Shown here: positions 12,177 through 22,917 of the stretch, one piece after another
Position numbering within the stretch: the stretch's first letter is position 1
How the letters are laid out: each line of letters starts with the position of its first letter
Source: Squalus acanthias
Taxonomy: Eukaryota
Assembly: GCA_030390025.1 (NCBI GenBank)
Contig: CM059425.1
Coordinates: forward strand, 174,718,001 to 174,778,000
DNA length: 60,000 nucleotides
Reading direction: 5' to 3'
Position numbers and translations under genes: made by a program
The notes under the pieces: generated by a model
What the model saw: the letters and a program-made list of their open reading frames with translations, nothing else
Told to the model about the DNA's origin: nothing
Database searches by the model: none

Positions 12177-13110
12177 TAACTTAGATAAGTGCAGGGCAAA
12201 TGCTCAACATTCATACACCCTTCAGGGAAAAGTATTAAAAAAGGTGGAGATAGAAAAAAATTTGGGCATTATAGTGCATACATCTTTAAAGGTACATGAG
12301 CAATGCCGTGAAGTGATAGCAGGAGCAAATAGGGTGTTGGGGTGTATCCATAGGGTAATTGAGTATAAGACGAGGCATACTATTTTGTCCCTGTACAAGA
12401 CCGTAGTCAGGCCGCACTTGGAATACTGTGTCCAGTTTGGGTCTCCTCACATGGTGGGTGATATTGAGGCTTTGGAAAGGGTGCAGAGGAGGGCCACTAG
12501 ACTAATTCCCAGCATAAAGCATCTTCGTTATCAAGATAGGTTAAAAGAGTTGGGTTTAGAGAAGCGGAGACTTAGAGTTGATCTGATTGAGGTTTATAAG
12601 ATCATGAAGGGAATAGATTGTGTTCCAGTTGACAGTTTGTTTCCATTAAATAGGTTAGTGAGGACCAGGGGTCACAAATTTAATTTGTATAAGGCTTGAT
12701 CTAGGTTAGAGGTCAGGAGGTGGTTCTTTTCCCAGAGAACAGTGGTCCTCTGGAATAGGCTGCCATCTTGTGTGGTGGTGCTGATTCGCTGAATTTCTTC
12801 AAGTGAGAGCTGGACTTGTTTCTGGCTGGGATGGCGATCACCTCTTACAGAAGGTAGATACTGCAGGGAATTTAAGGCCAGAGTTATCTCCTTGACTAGT
12901 TTTGATCGCGTAGATGGGTCGGAGAAGAATTTCCCAGTCTTTTTCCTCCAAATTGGCCTGGGTTTTTTAATCTTTCTTTGTCTTTCCCAGGAAATCACAT
13001 GGTTTTGGGTGGGGTGGAGTATATATTGTGATACACAAGGTGTCGCAATTGTGTGGGATAGGCTCGACAGACCAGAGGGTCTTTACCTGTCCATCATTGT
13101 CCGTATGTTC
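12177..13110 (+). mobile_element. CR1 LINE 3' end, distinct family with long 3' UTR, inserted in CR1-A
   Basis: RPHLEYCVQFGSP, ERVQRRATRL; splits the host VLNEY|FASVF motif. Confidence 0.85.
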
Positions 13111-13280
13111 GTACTCATTTAATACTTTAGCCATGTCCTCTGACGCGACAGGAAGTTTTCCCTTTGTGTCCTTAATAGGCACAACTTTTTCTCTAGCTAT
13201 CCTCTTACACTTGAGGTTCAATTTAATGTTGCCTGCTAATCTTTTCTCGTAGTCTCTCTTTGCCTCCCGTATTAACCTTT
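13111..13280 (-). mobile_element. CR1-A middle fragment
   Basis: [19 protein letters not shown]...VLNEY. Confidence 0.85.
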
Positions 13281-13419
13281 GGAGTGATAATTTGCACCAC
13301 ATTTTTGGCTCTCTCTCTGCCTGCATGTGTGCGGCGGCTGGGGCCAGCACCGCCATGCTTCACTCGACTCCGTGCGGAGAAGGTCAGGGAATCGGATGGT
13401 GGGGCAGGGAGGAGATGGG

Positions 13420-13747
13420 ATCGAGGGGGGGGGGGAGAGAGAGGGGATCGGAAGGGGGGGGAGAGAGAGGGGATCGGAAGGGGGGGGGAGAGAGGGGATC
13501 GGAAGGGGGGGGGAGAGAGAGGGGATCGGAAGGGGGGGGAGAGAGAGGGGATCGGAAGGGGGGGGGAGAGAGAGGGGATCGGAAGGGGGGGAGAGAGGGG
13601 ATCGGAAGGGGGGGAGAGAGAGGGGACCGGAAGGGGGGGAGAGAGAGGGGACCGGAAGGGGGGGAGAGAGAGGGGACCGGAAGGGGGGGGAGAGAGAGGG
13701 GATCGGAAGGGGGGGGAGAGAGAGGGGACCGGAAGGGGGGGGGGGGG
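13420..13747 (+). repeat. Purine-rich minisatellite, ~26-bp unit (GAGAGAGGGGAYCGGAAGGGGGGG), about 12 copies
   Basis: Direct reading. Confidence 0.95.
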
Positions 13748-13750
13748 AAT

Positions 13751-14327
13751 GAGGAGATCGAGGGGGGGACAGATGAGGAGATCGAGGGGGGGACAGAAGA
13801 GGAGATCGAGGGGGGGACAGAAGAGGAGATCGAGGGGGGGAAAGGAGAGGAGATCGAGGGGGGGAAAGGAGAGGAGATCGAGGGGGGGAAAGGAGAGGAG
13901 ATCGAGGGGGGGAAAGGAGAGGAGATCGAGGGGGGGAAAGGAGAGGAGATCGAGGGGGGGAAAGGAGAGGAGATCGAGGGGGGGAAAGGAGAGGAGATCG
14001 AGGGGGGGAAAGGAGAGGAGATCGAGGGGGGGAAAGGAGAGGAGATCGAGGGGGGGAAAGGAGAGGAGATCGAGGGGGGGAAAGGAGAGGAGATCGAGGG
14101 GGGGAAAGGAGAGGAGATCGAGGGGGGGAAAGGAGAGGAGATCGAGGGGGGGAAAGGAGAGGAGATCGAGGGGGGGAAAGGAGAGGAGATCGAGGGGGGG
14201 AAAGGAGAGGAGATCGAGGGGGGGAAAGGAGAGGAGATCGAGGGGGGGAAAGGAGAGGAGATCGAGGGGGGGAAAGGAGAGGAGATCGAGGGGGGGAAAG
14301 GAGAGGAGATCGAGGGGGGGAAAGGAG
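13751..14327 (+). repeat. Purine-rich minisatellite, 24-bp unit GAGGAGATCGAGGGGGGGAAAGGA, about 24 copies
   Basis: Direct reading; most units identical. Confidence 0.97.
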
Positions 14328-14760
14328 AGCGGATCGGAGTGGGGAGAGAGGAGGGGGAGAAAAGCTCAGGAACTCGGTGTGGGGTCGGGGAAGAGCACGG
14401 AGAGAACCGTGGGGAGGGGGAAAGGAACATGATGCAGGTCTAAAGGGGTGGCGGGGGGGAATGAGAGTGAGAACGTGATCCAGATGGGAAGACTGATCAA
14501 GCTCTCTCCCCTGTTAGATGTGGATCATGTTCTTCCAACCCCACCCTCACCCCCTTTACACCTGCACCACATTCACACTCTCCTCCCCCAAGACCTGGTT
14601 GATTTCTTGGAAAGCCTGGCGTGTGTGCAGCAAGCGATATCACTGGGCTGGATGAAATCCGGAAGTCATGACCCTGTCACTTCAATTGATACCCAATAAA
14701 CCTGTTAACAATCCGTGATCCATACACAATGCCCCATCTATGCGGTGGGGCAGGGGGGAA

Positions 14761-14915
14761 GAGAAGGTCAGGAACCTGGGGTGGGGGAAGGTCAGGAACC
14801 CAGAAAGGGGGGGGAAGGTCAGGAACCCGGAAAGGGGTGAGCCGGTGAAGGTCAAGAACTGGTTTGGGAGGGAAAAGGTCAGGAACTGGTTGTGGGGGGT
14901 GAAGGTCAGGAACTC
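14761..14915 (+). repeat. Degenerate tandem repeat with core GAAGGTCAGGAAC, 6 copies
   Basis: Direct reading. Confidence 0.85.
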
Positions 14916-15175
14916 GTTTGGGCGGGGGATGGGGTGGTGGGGGGGTGGAGAAAGTTCTAATCCGCGAAGGTGAGCCCTGTCTGTTCACTTAACGGAGTAC
15001 CATGAGCTGTGTCTGGAGCCTGGCAGTCAGAATGAATGGATCAAATTATACATTGCAAAAGTACTTGATTACTCAGGCAGGCAAGATCAAATTACACATT
15101 CCAGACAAACTGCTGGGTGTGTCTTGTCATCCAAGAGTACCAATCAGAACTTTGGTGTTGCAAATACACACTGCC

Positions 15176-15559
15176 ATTAACTTTTCGAATCCCTCCTCTA
15201 CTTTCCATAATCATCCTAGTTATTAACTGAATCATGCTCCTGACATTTGTAATTTGCCTTTTTCTGTTTTATCTTTTATTTCCTTTGTCACCCAGGGTGC
15301 ATTAGCTTTGGATGCTCTACCTTTTCACTTCAAAGGAATATGCCTAGTTTGTTCCTAAATTATCTCTTCCCTGAATGCCTTCCATTGCTCCTTTATTGCA
15401 TTACCCTGCAATCAACTTTTCCAATGTACCTGTCCGAGGTCCCTTCTTAAATCACTGAAATGAGCTCTTCACAGTTGAGCATTTTTACCTTCGATATTTT
15501 CTGATCTCTTTCTATAATTACTTGAAACCGAATTGCGATGTGGTCACACTTTGCTAGAT
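15176..15559 (-). mobile_element. CR1-A fragment (end of endonuclease and linker)
   Basis: LAKCDHIAIRFQVIIERD, WKAF. Confidence 0.8.
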
Positions 15560-15685
15560 CAGGGGTTCTCAACCTTTTTGCTTCTGAGGCCCACCCTCTC
15601 GTGTTAAAAAAATTCCACGGACCCCCCTGTAACACAACACAAGTATTTTTTTTTAATAAAAATTAGTTACACAATTAAACATATA

Positions 15686-16556
15686 GACCCGTATATGCGG
15701 TCAGTGGCAAAGCAAAGGCATTTGGCACTGGCCCCGAAGTAAGCATCACACAAAGATCTTGTGATCTCTGTGGCAAGTAGTTTGACTTTTCCGACGTGCT
15801 GTTAAAATTAGCGTAAGATAATGAGAAATCCCTAATGCGAGCTGCTGTGACGTCATAAAGCTGTCTAAGCAGCCAATCACAATGCAGAATTCTCTCAGAC
15901 CGAGAACCAGGAAGTGAGTAAGCTCCTTTGATTCTCACTTTAAAAAAATGTTATTCAGAGCAAAACCAAGATTGGGGCTCTCACATGGGGAAAAGGTAAA
16001 CCTGAAATAAAGATGAACAAACTTAACAATTTTTTTTTCAGTTAATGGGGGAGATATTCAGTATCGCCCCATTTGGGGCGCAATTATCGGCCGGGCGCAA
16101 AGATTAGCGCCTGGCGCTAAGTATCGCCACCGACTGCAAACTTGACTTTTATCGCCCCTGGAGGTGATTGGAGCGCTAAATCAGGCGCTTCACACCTGTC
16201 TTAAGGCGCAAAGGCCGAAGAGCGAGGCGCTACCTCAGAGCGCTGGCGAAGCTCATGTGATGTCAGTCAGCAATGGAACACACACACAATGGCACGGGCC
16301 AGTTCTTAAAGAGGATGGTTAATCTTGCTTTCCATCCACATCCTGCTCATTGCAGCCTTGAATCTCGGCCTGGAGAGACCTGCACATCAAATCTGCTGGA
16401 AAGAACAATGGAGAGTACCAGGCAAAGAGCTCAGAGTGCAGCCCCCACAGTCTCTTCTAAATCGATACAAGGAATGGCAAATCAAAATGAACCTTCAAAG
16501 TGCTGCTCAGTACCCAAAACTCCTTCACACAAAGTTGAATCTCTCCAGAAGTCAGT

Positions 16557-16593
<37 letters not shown>

Positions 16594-17348
16594 AATGCGT
16601 GGTTCAAAAATGGCACCAACAGTAAAAGGCAGGAAGCGGTCACCTTTAAATAGCGCTCCCCCAGTCCCTTCATGACTGCAAAACGCTCCCCTCAACCTGT
16701 CGTTGCTAGCGTCAGGCGGTAAGGCAGGGGGCGCCACTCAATATCCGCTCCGGGGCGTTGCGCACTCGACTGACGTCATGATCTGCCGGCGCAGGAGATC
16801 GTGGCGGTAGTGTTGAGCACCGCCGCAAAATGTCTAGTTAATTTCGCGAGCGGCGCAAACTTCACCGCGCCTGGGCGCTAGATGCTTTGTGCCCCATTAG
16901 CGCCCTCTTAAGGCGCTAACGGGAGGCGCAACCAACTGAATTTTTCCCCCAATGTTTCTTAAAATTTTTAATTTGTATTAAAATGAATAAATTTGACACT
17001 CCACAAATTAAAATTAGTTTTTCAGCGCCATAACGTTTGTTTAGCAGTCAATACCCTGTTAAAACCCCAGTTACACCTATTCCAAAAGGGTCTAACTTTT
17101 AATGGGGTATTTAACAATGATATTACTGTGTAAGCCGAAGTTTTCGTCAATTTCCCTGATTTCACTGATTACCGGCTATGGGGGTGGCACAGCGCAGCCA
17201 GTGTTGGAGCAGTGAATGACTGACCGCAACTTCAGGAATTCCACGTTATGATGCGCATGCACTATATCCTGAAATTGTGGTCAGTTTCAAAGGGGTAATA
17301 ACAGCAAACAGTATTCGTTCGCTGTTATTACCCCGCAAATTCCGGGCC
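15686..17348 (-). mobile_element. Family A Harbinger-like MITE nested in the hAT MITE
   Basis: Ends gacccgtatatgcgg / ccgcaaattccgggcc, ATA duplicated; reverse homologue of 50247-51020. Confidence 0.8.
16047..16950. mobile_element. Harbinger-like MITE nested in family A copy, with internal (CT)n at 16560-16590
   Basis: TIRs gggggagatattcagt / actgaatttttccccc, AAT duplicated. Confidence 0.8.
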
Positions 17349-17950
17349 ATAAACTTTAGGGCTTAGTGATAGATGTTAGGACGATGGTTAGGGTTTTATA
17401 GTTGGGGGTTGGCGTTAGGGACTACGTTAATGTTTCGAGTTAGGATTTTACGGTTATGGGTCAGGGTGAGGGATTGGGGTTACAGTCAACATGTTGGATT
17501 CAGGGTTGGCGATTCCAAGGCTAGGAGAGGCACTCTGGAAAGTATGGGGAGCTGGCTCTGACCAGTCATCGTTTCCTTTCATTTACAGACGCTCCATGAC
17601 CAGTCACTGTTTTTCCTTCATTTACAGACGTTCCCTGTGAGTTCCCAGCATTTGCCGTTGCTCCCAGAGTCTGCTGCTTACACTGGTCTCTCCCCCCCCC
17701 CCCCCCCACCCCCGGGGTTTATTAACCTGCTCCCTCCAGATCTCTTACCTGCTGTGTCTCCACCAGCCAGCACCACCTACGCATACTCAGCTCACATTGC
17801 CCAGTTAATTGACATGAGCTCCGGACCAATAGGAAGAGGGGCTGGAGGACCTCCAACCAATCTGATGTGTGAGGGGCGGGATGTTGTGTAGTATCTGGAT
17901 ACTTTGGGTGGACCCCGAAGTGGGTGCAGACCCCTGGTTGAGAACTCCTG

Positions 17951-18305
17951 AGCGAGATGATTTCCTACTGTAACACCTTCCACTTGCCCTACTTCATTTC
18001 CCAGAGACAGATCCAACACTGCTTCATTCCTTGTTGGACTGGAGACATATTGCTTGATAAAGTTCTCCTGTACATATATCAGAAATTCCTCTCCTTCCCT
18101 ACCCTTAGCACTATGTTTTTCCCAATCTATATTAGGGTAATTGAAGTCTCCTAATGTTACTACTCTATTTTTGTTGCACACCTTTGAAATTTGCCAACAT
18201 ATTCGCACATCTATCTCCTCCTCACTGTTTGGAGCTCTATAAAAACACCCAGCAATGTAACAGCTCCCTCGCTGTTCCTTAACTCAAACCAAATAGATTC
18301 AGTCC
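17951..18305 (-). mobile_element. CR1-A endonuclease fragment
   Basis: ESIWFEL, LGDFNYPNIDW, VLDLSLGN. Confidence 0.88.
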
Positions 18306-19858
18306 AAGAAACATAGAAATTTACAGCACAGAAAGAGGCCATTCGGCCCATCTTGTCCGTGCCGGCCGACAAAGAGCTATCCACCCTAATCCCACTTCCA
18401 GCACATGGTTTGTAGCCTTGCAGGTTACGGCACTTCAAATGCATATCCAAGTACTTTTTAAATGTGATGAGGGCTTCTGCCTCTACCACCCTTTCAGGCA
18501 GTGAGTTTCAGACCCCCACCACCCTCTGGGTGAAAAAATTTCTCCTCAAATCCCCTCGAAACCTCCGACCAATCACTTTAAATCTATGCCCCTTGGTTAT
18601 TGACCCTTCTGCCAAGGGAGATAGGTCCTTCCTATCCACTCTATCTAGCCCCTCATAATTGTATACATCTCAATTAGGTCTCCCCTCAGCCTCCTCTGTT
18701 CCAAAGAAAACAACCCCAGCCTATCCAATCTTTCCTCATAGCTAAAATTCCCCAGCCCAGGCAACATCCTCGTAAATCTCCTCTGTACCCACTCGAGTGC
18801 AATCACATCCTTCCTGTAATGTGGTGACCATAACTGCACGCAGTATTCTAGCTGCGGCATAATTAGTGTTTTATACAGTTCAAGCATAACCTCCCTGCTC
18901 TTATGTTCTATGCCTCGGCTAATAAAGGCAATTATCCCATATGCCGCCTTAACCATCTTATCTACCTGTCCTGCTACCTTCAGGGATCTGTGGACATGCA
19001 CTCCAAGGTCCCTCTGATCTTCCGCACTTCTCAGTGTCCTACTATTTATAGTGTATTCCCTTGCCTTGTTAGCCCTCCCCAAATGCATTACCTCACACTT
19101 CTCCAGATTGAATTCCATTTGCCACTGTTCTGCCCACCTGACCAGTCCACTGACATCTTCCTGCAGTCTGCAGCTTTCTTCTTCATTATCAATCACACGA
19201 CCAATTTTTGTATCAATGCAAACTTCTTAATCATACTTCTTAAATTCAAGTCCAAATATATACCACAAAAAGCAAGGGACCTAGTACTGAGCCCTGCGGA
19301 ACTCCACTGGAAACAGCCTTCCAGTCACACAAACACCCATCAACCATTACTCTATGCTTCCTGCCTCTGAGCCAATATTGGATCCAACTTGCCACTTTGC
19401 CCTGGATCCCATGGACTTTCACTTTCGTGATCAGTCTGCCATGTGGGACCTTATCAAAAGCCTTGCTAAAATCCAATTCAATCAAGTTAGTCAGACACGA
19501 CCTTCCCTTAACAAATCCATGCTGACTGTCCCTGATTAATCTGCGTCTTTCTAAATGAAGATTTATTCTGTCCCTCAGAATTTTTTCAAATAATTTTCCC
19601 ACCAGCGAGGTTAGGCTGACTGGCCTGTAATTACTCGGTCTATCCCTTTCTCCCTTTTTAAACAACGGTACCACGTTAGCAGTCCTCCAGTCCTCTGGCA
19701 CTACACCTGTAGCCAGAGAGGATCGGCAAATGATGGTCAGAGCCTCTGCTATTTCCTCTCTTACTTCTCTTAACCGACTGGGATACATTTCATCCGGGCC
19801 TGGGGATTTATCCACTTTCAAAGATGCTAAACCCCTTAATAATTCCTCTTTCACTATC
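18306..19858 (-). mobile_element. CR1 LINE, 5'-truncated RT and 3' UTR
   Basis: ORFs 19246-19881 and 18645-19196 with CR1 RT motifs. Confidence 0.93.
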
Positions 19859-19873
19859 TCGTATATCCTTTCT

Positions 19874-22007
19874 AGGGGCACGGTAGCATAGTGGTTATGT
19901 TACTGGACTAGAAAACCAGCGGCCTGGACTAATGATCCGGAGCCATGAGTTCAAATCCCACGACGGTAGCTGGGATATTTAAATTCAGTTAATTAAATAA
20001 ATCTGGAATAAAAAGCTGGTGTCAGTAATGGTGGCCATGAAACTACCGGATTGTTGTATAAACCCATCTGGTTCACCAATGTCCTTTAGGGAAGGAAATC
20101 TGCCATCCTTGTCTGGCCTATATATGATTCCAGACCCACAGCAATGTGGTTGACTCTTAACTGCCCTTTGAAATGGCCCAGCAAGCCACTCAGTTGTACC
20201 AAACTGCTATAGAAAACAATAATAAGAATAAAACCAGACAGACCGTCATCGACTTTGGCACCGGCTTCGGAAATGACAAAGGCATACCCAGCCCAGTCGA
20301 CCCTGCAAAGTCCTCATCACTAACATCTGGGGACTTGTGCAATAATTGGGAGAGCTGTCCCACAGACTAGTAAAGCAACAGCCTGACAGTCATGTCGGTG
20401 GTAAGAGAACCAACATGAGGGAAAAACCTACTTGACCTCGTGCTCACCAATCTAGCTGTCACAGATTAATCTGTCCATGACACCGCACAGTCCTTATGGA
20501 GACAAAATCCCATCTTCACACTGAGGGCACCCTCCATCGTGTTGTGTGGCACTACCACCATGCTAAATGGGATAGATTCAGAACAGATCTAGCAGCTCAA
20601 AACTGGGCATCCATGAGGAACCGTGGCCCATCAGCAGCAGAATTGTATTCCACCACAATCTGTAACCTCATGGCCCAGCATATCCCTGACTCTACCATTA
20701 CCATCAAGCCAGGGGACCAACCCTGGTTCAATGAGGAGTGTAGAAGAGCATACCAGGAGCAGCACCAGGCGTACCTAAAAATGCAGTGCCAACCTGGGGA
20801 AGCTGCAACACAGGACTACGTGCGTGCTAAACAGCAGAAGCAGTATGCTTTAGACAGAGCTAACCGATTCCACAACCAACAAATTAGATCAAAGCTCTGC
20901 AGTCCTGCCACGGTCATGAATGGTGGTGGACAGTTAAACAACTAACGGGAGAAGGAGGCTCCTGGAACATCCCCATCCTCAATGATGGAGGAGTCCAGCA
21001 CGTGAATGCAAAAGATGAGGCTGAAGCTTTTGCAACCATCTTCAGCCAGAAGTGCCGATTGGATGATCCATCTCGGCCTCCTCCTGAGGTCCCCACCATC
21101 ACAGAAACCAGTCTTCAGCCAATTTGATTCACTCCACGTGATATCAAGAAAAGACTGAACGCACTGGATACAGCGACGGCTATGGGCCCCGAAAACATCC
21201 CAGCTGCCGTGCTGTAGACTTGTGCTCCAGAACTAGCTGCGCCTCTGGCCAAGCTGTTCCAGTACAGCTACAACACTGGTGTCTACCCGACAATGTGGAA
21301 AACTGCCCAGGTATATCCTGTCCACAAAAAGCAAGACAAATCCAATCCGGCCAATTACCGCCCCATCAGTCTGTCCTCAATTATCAGCAAAATGATGGAA
21401 GGTGTCATCGACAGTGCTATCAAGCGGCACTTATTCATCAATAAGCTGCTCACCGATGCTCAGTTTGGGTTCTGCCAGGAGCACTCTGCTCCAGACCTCA
21501 TTACAGCCGTGGTCCAATCATGGACAAAAGAGTTGAATTCCAGAGGTGAGGTGAGAGTGACTGCCCTTGACATCAAGGCAGCATTTGATCGAGTGTGGCA
21601 TCAAGGAGCCCTAGTAAAATTGAAGTCGATGGGAATCGGGGGGAAAACTCTCCACTGGCTGGAGTCCTACCTAGCACAAAGGAATATGGTTGTGGTTGTT
21701 GGAGGCCAATCATCACAGCCCCAGGACATCGCTGCTGGAGTTGCTCAGGGCAGTGTCCTAGGCCCAACCATCTTCAGCTGCTTCATCAATGACCTCCCCT
21801 CCATCATAAGGTCAGCAGTATGGATGTTTGCTGATGCCTGCACAGTGTTCAGTTCCATTCGCAATGCCTCAGATAATGAAGCAGTCCATGCCCGCATGCA
21901 GCAAGACCTGGACGACATTCAGGCTTTGGCTGACGAGAGGCAAGTAACATTCGTGCCACACAAGTGCCAGGCAAGGACTATCTCCAACAAGAGAGTCTAA
22001 CCACCAT
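19874..22007 (+). mobile_element. Second CR1-group LINE family (Zenon-like, tentative) with tRNA-like 5' head
   Basis: A/B boxes ggtagcatagtgg and gagttcaaatcc; NYRPISL, QFGF, LDIKAAFDRVWHQG, QGSVLGP; probable 3' tail at 26677-26720. Confidence 0.8.
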
Positions 22008-22917
22008 TAGAAACATAGAAAATTAGGCGCAGGAGTAGGCCATTCGGCCTTTCGAGCCTGCTCCGCCATTCAATATGATCATGGCTGATCCTCTATCTCA
22101 ATACCATATTCCCGCTCTCTCCCCATACTCCTTGATGCCTTTTGTGTCTAGAAATCTATCTATCTCCTTCTTAAATATATTCAGTGACTTGGCCTCCACA
22201 GCCTTCTGTGGTAGAGAATTCCACAGGTTCACCACCCTCTGAGTGAAGAAATTTCTCCTCATCTCAGTACTAAATGTCCTACCCCGTATCCTGAGACTGT
22301 GACCCCTCGTTCTAGACCCCCCAGCCAGGGGAAACATCCTCCCTGCATCCAGTCTGTCTAGCCCTGTCAGAATTTTGTACGTTTCAATGAGATCCCCTCT
22401 CATTCTTCTAAACTCCAGTGAATACAGGCCTAGTCGACCCAATCTCTCCTCATACGACAGTCCTGTCATCCCAGGAATCAGTCTGGTGAACCTTCGCTGC
22501 ACTCCCTCTGTGGCAAGTATATCCTTTCTGGGTAAGTAGACCAAAACTGCACACAGTACTCCAGGTGTGGTCTCACCAAGGCCCTGTATAACTGTAGTAA
22601 GACATCCTTGCTCCTGTACTCAAATCCCCTTGCAATGAAGGCCAACATACCATTTGCCTTCCTAACTGCTTGCTGCACCTGCATGTTTGCTTTCGATGAC
22701 TGGTGTACAAGGACACCGAGGTCCCTTTGTATATCAACATGTCCCAATCTATCACCATTAAAATAATACTCTGCCTTTCTGTTTTTCCTACCGAAGTGGA
22801 TAACTTCACATTTATCCACATTATACTGCATTTGCCATGTATTTGCCCACTCACTCAACGTGTCTAAATCGCCTTGAAGCCTCTTTGCATCCTCCTCACA
22901 ACTCACAATCCCACCTA
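22008..22917 (-). mobile_element. CR1 LINE 3' part
   Basis: ORFs 22478-22906 and 22098-22544. Confidence 0.93.

Larger units (their letters stand above)
13281..15175. mobile_element. Putative non-autonomous TIR element with 10-bp target duplication and minisatellite interior
   Basis: attaaccttt (13271-13280) vs attaactttt (15176-15185); ends ggagtgataatttgcaccac and (reverse complement) ggcagtgtgtatttgcaacac. Confidence 0.6.
15560..17950. mobile_element. hAT (Charlie-like) MITE containing nested MITEs
   Basis: TIRs caggggttctcaacc / ggttgagaactcctg; 8-bp flanks tgctagat / agcgagat. Confidence 0.75.

Noticed and set aside
13751..14327. CRISPR-like regular array
   Set aside because: No unique spacers, no cas genes, eukaryotic context
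13260..14443. Long 348-390-aa ORFs in several frames
   Set aside because: Produced by stop-free minisatellite units; open on both strands, no coding evidence
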